Assembly: GCF_004011885.1 (NCBI RefSeq)
Contig: NZ_SBEF01000008.1
Span: 34,068 to 58,067 of the forward strand
DNA: 24,000 bases
Origin: Serratia microhaemolytica
Lineage (GTDB): Bacteria > Pseudomonadota > Gammaproteobacteria > Enterobacterales > Enterobacteriaceae
Reading direction: 5' to 3'
Part shown: one piece after another, positions 15,318-22,795 of the stretch
Layout of the letters: the number at the start of each line of letters is the position of its first letter
Position numbering within the stretch: position 1 is the first letter of the stretch
Made by a program: the position numbers and the translations under genes
The notes under the pieces: model-generated
Database searches by the model: none
Told to the model about the DNA's origin: nothing
Seen by the model: only the letters and a program-made list of their open reading frames with translations

Positions 15318-15482
15318 GATTGAAGACTATCAGTGGTGGAGGTGTTCGTCAAGCGGTGTCAGCCCAACCCCAAACAACTCCGTAAGATGAGGAGGTTGTT
15401 CAGTGCTGCTTGATGGATGTAAAATGTAGCGACTTATTGACACTACAAGAGATAAATCTAAAAGGATGAATGGTTAAGATAC

Positions 15483-15839
15483 TTGTTTAGCTTTTTTGGA
15501 GCATCATTTATTGCTGTATGTGCTCTTGCTTACAAAGAAAAAGATATTTACTGTAAATTCATCAGAAATCAAATCTGGGTTTTTGGATATTGTCTTTTCG
15601 GGGCAAGCGCTGGCTCACTGGTCACTCTAAATATATTTCATGGATACATTATAAACATAAAAGAACTCATACAGGAGAATAGAACAATTGAAGATTATTA
15701 TAATACTGGTTTTAGTTTTTTGATAATCATGCTTGTATTATCAATAGCGATGCTGGTTACATTGCACATTATTGATAAAATCATTTTTTCAAAAAATAAA
15801 AATGTGAGCAACGTTAAAAATGATGATGGTGGTAGTTAA
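15483..15839 (+). CDS. Hypothetical small membrane protein (3-4 TM), AT-rich
   Basis: 118-aa ORF with hydrophobic segments. Only a TTG start is available (upstream stop at 15459) and there is no good SD, so the coding status is uncertain. Confidence 0.4.
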   Translation: MFSFFGASFIAVCALAYKEKDIYCKFIRNQIWVFGYCLFGASAGSLVTLNIFHGYIINIKELIQENRTIEDYYNTGFSFLIIMLVLSIAMLVTLHIIDKIIFSKNKNVSNVKNDDGGS

Positions 15840-15841
15840 AG

Positions 15842-15869
15842 AAAAAACTGATTTTTTTCGACAAATCAG
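15842..15869 (-). terminator. Intrinsic terminator (minus strand) downstream of the lipoprotein gene
   Basis: On the minus strand ctgattt-gtcgaaaa-aaatcag is followed by TTTTTTC. Confidence 0.55.
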
Positions 15870-16015
15870 CAATCGACTCCATACCGTTCGCCAGGACGCT
15901 GGTTAGCGCCTGGCTTCACGCAATCTGTTGCCCATGAGGGATTTATAGATGACACAATTCAATTCATAGGAATGTGTACGGAAAATAGTTCTAAGACTCG
16001 AGACAATTCCAATAA

Positions 16016-16579
16016 TTATCGAACAGTACCTTCTGCAACACCTTTAACTTCTGCCATTAACTCCTTTAAGCCTTCACCTGTTAACGTTTGAGGGGATGAA
16101 GAACTATAAGTTATATACAGCCGACTCCCTACACCATTTTTTTCAACCTCGATGGTGAGGTGGTCACCATAATCACCCCAATTATTACCCATTTTGTAAT
16201 AACTGCCAGGCATCGACTCCCATTTCTGTCCATTACTAGTAATTGCACTGGCAACCCAATCACCTGATGTATTCTTTTTTCTAATGGCCTCTACTTCTTC
16301 ATTAGAATAAAACTTATAATGCCGCTTCAATCTTGCTGCCGCAGTATCGACATCAACAGGAATGTCATATTGCTTTAATGTCGACTCTTTCTTCGCAACT
16401 TTTTGACTAGATGAAGCTGATGCTGTCTTATCTGCTGAGCCATTGTCAGATTTGAACGCATTCATAAGACTTTCAGCGCCATCACTGACTTTTTTATTTA
16501 TCTCTGATATTTCAGACATAGAACAGGCTGTAGTAAGAATTGACAATAAACCAATCACCAGAACCTTTTTTATAAACAT
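16016..16579 (-). CDS. Hypothetical lipoprotein
   Basis: 187 aa with signal peptide + lipobox MFIKKVLVIGLLSILTTAC. SD aagggg is present. AT-rich. No family recognised. Confidence 0.7.
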   Translation of the reverse strand: MFIKKVLVIGLLSILTTACSMSEISEINKKVSDGAESLMNAFKSDNGSADKTASASSSQKVAKKESTLKQYDIPVDVDTAAARLKRHYKFYSNEEVEAIRKKNTSGDWVASAITSNGQKWESMPGSYYKMGNNWGDYGDHLTIEVEKNGVGSRLYITYSSSSPQTLTGEGLKELMAEVKGVAEGTVR

Positions 16580-16703
16580 ATCATACCCCTTGCTTTCATA
16601 TCACGTATAGTGGAATGAGTAATAAAAAAAATAATTCGTTTATAAAACATTTACAAGAACCTGAAGTAATTCAGGTGAAACCCCAAGAAGACATCTGTCA
16701 AGT

Positions 16704-17285
16704 TCACTGGCGTTCTTTGTCTTCCCGTTTTTCGTTTATCAATCGTCGTTTCAATCTAAAATAGGTGGGTCGCGAGATACCTGTTTTCTCTGCTACTGTT
16801 CTAAATGGCAACCCCTGCTGAATCAGGGATAATGCTGTTGCTGTTGCAGGATGAGGTTTCCTTCCAAACTTTACCCCAGAGTCCATCGCCGCAATACGTC
16901 CTTCATTGGTGCGCTCTAAAATACGTTCACGTTCAGCCTCGGCAACAGCAGCCAGGATCTGGATCACCATTTTCCCCATGGAACCTTCCGTGCTAAGACC
17001 GTTTTCCAAAAAGCGGATAGCAATCCCTTTTTTGTGGCAGGCATCAATGATGTGAATCATATCAGCAGTATTACGTCCAAGCCTGTCCATCTTGGTACAG
17101 ATAATGATATCGTCTTTTTCAGCACGTCCAAGCAAACGCTGTAGACCTTCACGTTCGTCAGTGGCTCCGGTCATCGTGTCGGTAAAAATTCTATCTTCCC
17201 TCACACCAACAGCTTTTAGCTCAGCGAGCTGTAACGTCAGCTTCTGATGGCTGGTTGATACCCTGGCATAGCCCAATAACGCCAT
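16704..17285 (-). CDS. Serine recombinase (resolvase/invertase family)
   Basis: 193 aa with MALLGYARVSTSHQ (catalytic Ser), KMDRLGRN, AAVAEAERERILERT and a C-terminal HTH (GISRPTYFRL). Confidence 0.9.
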   Translation of the reverse strand: MALLGYARVSTSHQKLTLQLAELKAVGVREDRIFTDTMTGATDEREGLQRLLGRAEKDDIIICTKMDRLGRNTADMIHIIDACHKKGIAIRFLENGLSTEGSMGKMVIQILAAVAEAERERILERTNEGRIAAMDSGVKFGRKPHPATATALSLIQQGLPFRTVAEKTGISRPTYFRLKRRLINEKREDKERQ

Positions 17286-17292
17286 TTAAGTC

Positions 17293-17407
17293 TCATAAAT
17301 CGTTTTTGATACACAAGAGTATCATAATATATAAAATACGATTTATGATACTCCTTTTTATGCAAATTTTGATGAGTATCAAATATTATAATATCTGACA
17401 CTCATCA
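17293..17407. promoter_or_regulatory. res-like array of dyad sites upstream of the serine recombinase gene
   Basis: Dyads: tcataaatcgt/acgatttatga (17293-17303 / 17338-17348); tgatac-N6-gtatca (17307-17324); tgatactc-N20-gagtatca (17346-17381); tgatgagt-N22-actcatca (17370-17407). Confidence 0.55.
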
Positions 17408-17498
17408 CGATAACTACAAACCCCTTGAAGCCACCCGCTGATGGTGTCAAGATGGCAGTCGGGCAAATAATCAACAACCAGGCAAGCAGGAGAGTAAC

Positions 17499-17906
17499 AT
17501 GGCAACCAGACAAGAACGTGCTTTCCAGCGTGGTATTCGAGCTGCTGCGTTTTGGCGAAAAGTGAAAAGTGGCGTGTTAGCTTGGGATGCACACTGTGTT
17601 GCTGTGGCGAAAAAACGCAATCTTCCTGGTTGGGTAGGGCATACGCCACTGGGCATCATTGGCTTAACAAGCCTTATACTGGTTGCAATGGGCTTGTTTA
17701 TGGTTGCCAGTATCGTTTTCACCCTGCTCGCAACGTTACTGGCTGTACTTCTACTCAAAACTCCAACCCAATCTGAATCAGGCAACCAAGCGAAAGCAGT
17801 ACAACCAACGGTCGACTCTCCTTACTCTATTTACTCTGGTATGGAGTACAGCGAAGTTACACACCATCAACAAGAACACGATAAGTGGTTTAATAACTGG
17901 TGGTAA
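17499..17906 (+). CDS. DUF3742-like ICE membrane protein
   Basis: 135 aa. A basic N-terminus (MATRQERAFQRGIRAAAFWRKV) is followed by two TM segments. SD aggag is present. Its position divergent from and next to traG is typical of DUF3742 proteins in this ICE family. The family call is from memory. Confidence 0.55.
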   Translation: MATRQERAFQRGIRAAAFWRKVKSGVLAWDAHCVAVAKKRNLPGWVGHTPLGIIGLTSLILVAMGLFMVASIVFTLLATLLAVLLLKTPTQSESGNQAKAVQPTVDSPYSIYSGMEYSEVTHHQQEHDKWFNNWW

Positions 17907-17928
17907 TGACATGAAGGCAATAAATGGT

Positions 17929-17963
17929 GTAAAGAGCACCAATCGCTAGATGGTGCTCTTTAC
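17929..17963. terminator. Hairpin between convergent DUF3742-like gene and traG
   Basis: gtaaagagcacca-atcgctaga-tggtgctctttac (13-bp stem). U-tracts are poor on both strands. Confidence 0.45.
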
Positions 17964-17970
17964 CAGCAAG

Positions 17971-19512
17971 TTATTTAGGCATTACATTATCTACTCCCTT
18001 CGTCGCCACAGTTCCGCTAACTTTGGAACCTAGTGAACCGCCCGTGTTTTTAGGTTCTTGACTACCATTACTCAATGATCTCCCTACTGCATCGCCAACA
18101 TTCACCCCAGCCCATGACAACGCCCCAATCCACACCATCGGCAATACCAAGAACATCGAACCCATCACCATGTTCATGATCAGATCATCTGAACTATTTT
18201 GTAACCCAGCCATATTAAAACGGCTATGGGTATCGGAACTGTAGAGTGCCGTTAACAGCCAACTGTCCAGCCAACGTGCCAGCTCCCACCAGAACGTCAG
18301 GAAGTTCAATGCAAAAATCACAAACGTCAATGTGATCACCGTTTTGAACTCATAAGCGGCAAATACCAAAATCAGCGGCAACATCACATACAGCGCCATC
18401 AGTAACACCGCCTGCACCATTGGCAATGCCTGGCGCATCGCATCCAGTGCCGGAAATGCCGCTAGGCTGCCTAATGCCGTACCCGCAATTGAACCGACGC
18501 GTGTAATGGCATTGGTGGTGGTAAAATCCGCATTGCCACCGTAGCCCGCATAGGCGTGTCCATTTTGTGAGGCATTCAGACTTTTCGGGCTGACAAGGCG
18601 GCGGATCACTGCTTCTTCATAATCTCCACTTGCCGCGTTAATCAGTTTCATTGCCGCCGAAATACGTAACCACATGCCCGGATTGGCTTGTGCCATCACC
18701 CGCGCTTTCAAACCATCATCCGCATCACTCCACCATTCCGTACAATAGGGATAGCCCCCTTGCCCGGTGTTCGGGCGTGCGCTGTCACGGCTCTTGATAT
18801 AAGGAAAGTCAGGTCTAGGCATTTTCGATTGCATTTTCGGGTAGTACTCCGCCAAAAACAGTTTACTGCCCAACCATTCGATATCTTTCAGCACCGCTTT
18901 GTCAGTCGTATATCCACGATCAGCTCGCTGCCAGTCGTACAATGCCAACGAATAACAGTCATTGGCAAAATCCTGTAACTCCTCAGCCAAAGCACGGTTG
19001 GCAATACGGGTATGTTGGATCTCAAAACGCAACTGTCGTAGATCAGGGCGGCAAGGAATGGTGGCCACCGAAGCCTGGGTGATCCCCTTTGACAGCTTAT
19101 GCACCAACACCCACCATATCGGCGCGGCAGCCGTTTTGCCATTCAGGCTGGAAATCACATTGGCATAACCACTTTGATCCGGTTTTTTCGGTGTCCAGGT
19201 ACCGCATGTTGCAGCGCGTGAAGCGTCATACTGTAAAGTACTCAGGCTGACGTTGAGCAGCGGCGCACAGCAGGTAATGATCACAAAAAATGCCCCATAC
19301 ACCGTGTTCTCAATACGCGGTAACGAGAGCATTCCCTTGTTGCCTTCATCTTCGCCCTCTTCACGTACTTTCAGCCAAATACTCATCACTTTGAAGGCCA
19401 GGGGCAGCGCAAACAACCCCGTGCCAACCAACAGACTCCACAGGCCGTTATTGATCACCCAGCCCAAGAGCGTTAGAAAAAATTCAAGATAACTGTTAGT
19501 GCTCATCATCAC
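17971..19512 (-). CDS. traG: Conjugal transfer protein TraG (TraG_N domain, GI-type T4SS)
   Basis: 513-aa polytopic membrane protein. MMMSTNSYLEFFLTLLGWVINNGLWSLL...LPRIENTVYGAFFVI matches the TraG_N proteins of ICEHin1056/PAPI-1-type ICEs. Its start overlaps the upstream stop by 4 nt. Confidence 0.8.
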   Translation of the reverse strand: MMMSTNSYLEFFLTLLGWVINNGLWSLLVGTGLFALPLAFKVMSIWLKVREEGEDEGNKGMLSLPRIENTVYGAFFVIITCCAPLLNVSLSTLQYDASRAATCGTWTPKKPDQSGYANVISSLNGKTAAAPIWWVLVHKLSKGITQASVATIPCRPDLRQLRFEIQHTRIANRALAEELQDFANDCYSLALYDWQRADRGYTTDKAVLKDIEWLGSKLFLAEYYPKMQSKMPRPDFPYIKSRDSARPNTGQGGYPYCTEWWSDADDGLKARVMAQANPGMWLRISAAMKLINAASGDYEEAVIRRLVSPKSLNASQNGHAYAGYGGNADFTTTNAITRVGSIAGTALGSLAAFPALDAMRQALPMVQAVLLMALYVMLPLILVFAAYEFKTVITLTFVIFALNFLTFWWELARWLDSWLLTALYSSDTHSRFNMAGLQNSSDDLIMNMVMGSMFLVLPMVWIGALSWAGVNVGDAVGRSLSNGSQEPKNTGGSLGSKVSGTVATKGVDNVMPK

Positions 19513-19853
19513 GCTCCCAGTTGTTTAAAGAATGTGTATTCACACACCACGATAAACGCCACACTGGCCAGCATGATGCGCCTCAGTGGTTGACGATATT
19601 CCGTGCGAAAGCCTGGCGCGTGGTGAATTTTCCAGAAAAGCCAACCCAGTGCGACATACAGCATCAACCGCCACAACAGCCAACCCAAACGGTGAGCATA
19701 AAACCATGCCTGTACCGCCACGATTTCAGACGGATGTTGCAAGGCAAGATAGGCACCCAGCAGGGCGACAACAGAGAACAGCAGTAGCCCTAACAACACC
19801 TTGCCAGCAGGCAGCAGGATTTTTTTCCAGTGTTTCCAGTGAATCGGTTTCAT
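19509..19853 (-). CDS. Small ICE membrane protein (3 TM)
   Basis: 114 aa. SD aaggggg is present. Translationally coupled within the T4SS operon. Confidence 0.65.
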   Translation of the reverse strand: MKPIHWKHWKKILLPAGKVLLGLLLFSVVALLGAYLALQHPSEIVAVQAWFYAHRLGWLLWRLMLYVALGWLFWKIHHAPGFRTEYRQPLRRIMLASVAFIVVCEYTFFKQLGA

Positions 19854-19862
19854 TGTGCCCCC

Positions 19863-21260
19863 TTATTGATTTTCCAACTGATTGACGCGACTGTCGGTGT
19901 CGTCGTCAATCTGGGTCTGGGGATGAGTAGCAATACGCTGGTTCTCGCGCTCAATAATGGTTAACGCCGAGTTGTTCGCTAGCGCTCGCCGGATTTCCAT
20001 CTCGTTTTTCAATGCAGTCAGTTCACGATCAAGCGCATCAATACGACGTTGCGCCTCTTCCATCGCCGCTTTCTGATTGCTGGCATTAGGTTCAGCCATG
20101 CCGGTGATCAACATGCGACGCATCAATAAAGCGGTCTCTATTGTCTCGGCCATCGCCAATTCACTAGCCAAACGTGCGACTAGGGTGGCATTATCGGGAT
20201 CACGTTTCAGTGCAGTGATTACATTGGCAGTGATAGGAAGCCCACCACTCTTTAATTTCGCCAGTTCCTCAACCGAAAGGGGAACTGCACCATTCACCAG
20301 TTTGACCAACTGCTCACTGTTGCTTTTAGTGGTTTCTTCCAGCATGGGTGAAAAGCCGGTACCTGCCACTGTGCCTGCCTGATCGTCACTGCTGCCGCTG
20401 GTACACTTTGTCGCATCACTACAGGTGCGCTGGGTTTTGTCGCCCAACACTTTCACTACCGCTTGTGCGGCTTCTTCAGCACGGCTGAATTTCTGGCAGA
20501 CGCTGCCATTGCACTGACTGCCACTGACAGCCTGAGTGCTGGTCACCGGCAGACCGTTCATCATATTAAAGCCAGCAGCCACCAAATCATGGGTGGGGCG
20601 AATAGCCGGTTGCCCGGCACCGCCACGCTGTTGCCCACCGATCCAGGGACTCCCTCCTGTGCCCGTGACCTTACGTCCCGCTTCATCACTGCGCACCGCA
20701 TCACCACCGCCGTTATTGACAATCGAGGTGTATTCACTGAACATCGCCTGCTGTGACCAGTCATTGGTGGTGAAATCCGCCATCTTTTTCGCCATGCTCT
20801 CACAGTTCAGTTGTGCCTTATCAAACGCCACATTGGCCTGCAACATACCGTTGGTCAGCATCTCATACAGACCGGGATTGGCGCGTTGAATAAGCATGGC
20901 GGGCAGGCTGGCCACCGCTCCCGTTGCGCCTTGGATCACTTCTCCCATCAGATTTTTAAACCCTGCTGTCATGCCGTTAAGCTGGTTGCCCACTGTGGTT
21001 TTCAAATCAAAATTCCCACACATCAGATTGCTGCGCCAACCGATGTTGAACCCTAGCTTTTGCATCTGACTGCGGGTTGGCGGTTGTGAAATCACCGAAC
21101 CGCCACCGAGGGTATAAAATAACCTGTCGGAAACAGCACCAGTGACCGCTGCACCGGTGCTGTTTCCGCTCATCTGGGATGACAAAATGGGGAGGGCTGC
21201 CCATGAAGACAGGCTGGACAATGCGAAGGTAGCCACAACAAACATCTGCGAAATTTTCAT
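19863..21260 (-). CDS. ICE T4SS protein, PFL_4711 (TIGR03755) family, secreted
   Basis: Start moved to ATG 21260 (SD gaggggg 6 nt upstream), giving MKISQMFVVATFALSSLSSWA as signal peptide. The size and the position between the TraU-like gene and TraG fit the conserved gene order. Confidence 0.7.
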   Translation of the reverse strand: MKISQMFVVATFALSSLSSWAALPILSSQMSGNSTGAAVTGAVSDRLFYTLGGGSVISQPPTRSQMQKLGFNIGWRSNLMCGNFDLKTTVGNQLNGMTAGFKNLMGEVIQGATGAVASLPAMLIQRANPGLYEMLTNGMLQANVAFDKAQLNCESMAKKMADFTTNDWSQQAMFSEYTSIVNNGGGDAVRSDEAGRKVTGTGGSPWIGGQQRGGAGQPAIRPTHDLVAAGFNMMNGLPVTSTQAVSGSQCNGSVCQKFSRAEEAAQAVVKVLGDKTQRTCSDATKCTSGSSDDQAGTVAGTGFSPMLEETTKSNSEQLVKLVNGAVPLSVEELAKLKSGGLPITANVITALKRDPDNATLVARLASELAMAETIETALLMRRMLITGMAEPNASNQKAAMEEAQRRIDALDRELTALKNEMEIRRALANNSALTIIERENQRIATHPQTQIDDDTDSRVNQLENQ

Positions 21261-21271
21261 CACGATCCCCC

Positions 21272-22240
21272 TCAAAAATTAGTACTAGTTAAAAAGCGCT
21301 GTCCTCGACGCTGGCAACAGCTATAAGGTTGCCAGAGTGCAAATGCCGCAGTGTTGTCACTGGCCGCACTGTGACTACCATCGGGAAATACCGCACACTG
21401 GCGGCTCATTTGCGGTGCTAAACGTTGCCATTTGTGATTGCGAGCGTTGTTTTCTTCTACGGGATCCGGTGGCCAATAACCGTCTTTACGGTTGCCTTTT
21501 AAAGTCTGATAAACATGTGCCTGGCCACTGCGGGTAATGATGTCTGCTACCCGCTGTGCCACCACGGCGGCGGCTTTATCATCATCAACCTGATGAATAA
21601 ACCCTGAACGCGGGTAGACCGCGCCCCACATATTGCCGCTCAATTGACTACCCACTTCACGCGAGCCGGGGATCAAGGCTTCCGGGTAGAGCGTTTCGGG
21701 GATACTCAGACGCCAGGCCACTACATCCAAAGGACTCAGAAAATAGGGCATAAACGGCGTGGCAGCAGTACTACAGGAGTAACCGGGTACACTGCCACCA
21801 ATCGTTGAAGTGGCCGGATGCCCGATGGCATCGGCGTATTTAAAACGCAACTTGGTATCACGTTGCTTGGGGTTTTTCATATCAGCAGGATTACCGCCAT
21901 CCGCAGAGAACCCGGTTAGGCTGCTGGTGAGCAGATTTTCCATCCCCCCTGACGTCTTGCTGACCAACGCCATTTCCTTCCAGGGATTCCCCCCTGGTGT
22001 GCCATAGGTCGAGACCACCACTTCAGGAATAAAGTGGGTCACTTTTACTGAAGTTTTAACCGTACAGCCAAACATCGAGCAGAACAGCCAATAACAGACG
22101 CCACTGACACGCCAACTGATACAATCCTGTGTCAATGCGCTGGCCGCAATCTGTGCCGTATTCATTGCCGCCACCGTAGCCGGTAGTGTCGCAGTAAACA
22201 GCGTGGTGGCCACGGCAATTGCTGAGCTGGTTCGCTTCAT
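21272..22240 (-). CDS. traU: TraU-like ICE T4SS protein, PFL_4710 (TIGR03756) family
   Basis: 322 aa with a signal peptide. The Cys-rich motif CISWRVSGVCYWLFCSMFGC is typical of the TraU family. ATGA overlap with the upstream gene. Confidence 0.78.
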   Translation of the reverse strand: MKRTSSAIAVATTLFTATLPATVAAMNTAQIAASALTQDCISWRVSGVCYWLFCSMFGCTVKTSVKVTHFIPEVVVSTYGTPGGNPWKEMALVSKTSGGMENLLTSSLTGFSADGGNPADMKNPKQRDTKLRFKYADAIGHPATSTIGGSVPGYSCSTAATPFMPYFLSPLDVVAWRLSIPETLYPEALIPGSREVGSQLSGNMWGAVYPRSGFIHQVDDDKAAAVVAQRVADIITRSGQAHVYQTLKGNRKDGYWPPDPVEENNARNHKWQRLAPQMSRQCAVFPDGSHSAASDNTAAFALWQPYSCCQRRGQRFLTSTNF

Positions 22241-22641
22241 GGTTGCCCTCCTGCCTGCTGACGCAGTGCCGTGGCAAGGACAATATCCGTGGTGCCATAC
22301 ACCACATCACGTTCATCAAACACCACCGCAGGCACTTTACTCACCCCCAGTTCCCAGGCTTTCACTACCTGCTGATAGGCGTGAGCCAATTGCTGCTGCT
22401 GTTGCGCCCAGCGTGGTGAAGCCATCACCTGCTTCACCTGGGCGGCAGCCTGAACCGGATCAGCAGAAAGTGAACCAAAAAACTGGGCTTGTAGCTGTTC
22501 AGGTGCATCCAGTGGCACCACCATGACATCTGTTGGCAAGTGATTAGGCATGTGCTGGCTGTCGGTATACAGCACCGTCCCTGCCAACACAGAAGCCGAC
22601 CATAAGGCCGGCAACGGAAAGATAAAATGACTGAATTTCAT
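22237..22641 (-). CDS. ICE T4SS protein, PFL_4709 (TIGR03757 / DUF1525) family
   Basis: 134 aa with a signal peptide. The C-terminal AWELGVSKVPAVVFDERDVVYGTTDI matches the family signature as I remember it. Confidence 0.7.
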   Translation of the reverse strand: MKFSHFIFPLPALWSASVLAGTVLYTDSQHMPNHLPTDVMVVPLDAPEQLQAQFFGSLSADPVQAAAQVKQVMASPRWAQQQQQLAHAYQQVVKAWELGVSKVPAVVFDERDVVYGTTDIVLATALRQQAGGQP

Positions 22642-22795
22642 TGCGCATCTCCATCAGACTAACTCGCCTGACAGCGTGCGCGGGGAAGCTTAGAAAAGCT
22701 GCAAAAAACTCAAAATGCGATTGGGTGAGTTAAATTGGGGGATCTCAGAAAATATCCCACAAATTTCTTTTTTAACGAGTGCAGGTGAAAACCAA

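Noticed and set aside
17386-17949. ORFs antisense to or overlapping the DUF3742-like gene (17386-17649 -, 17471-17785 -, 17552-17776 +, 17683-17949 +)
   Set aside because: They are alternative frames of the same segment. Only 17499-17906 has an SD, a TM topology and a family-like N-terminus.
21261-21275. TTG-start extension (MRGIV) of the PFL_4711-family ORF
   Set aside because: ATG 21260 has a well-spaced GAGGGGG SD and yields a normal signal peptide. The TTG overlaps the upstream stop only by ORF-finder convention.
18688-22526. Numerous 60-117-aa ORFs antisense to traG, PFL_4711, traU-like and PFL_4709-family genes
   Set aside because: All are nested in longer, family-recognisable, translationally coupled genes on the minus strand, and they have Arg/Pro/Ala-rich mirror-frame composition.
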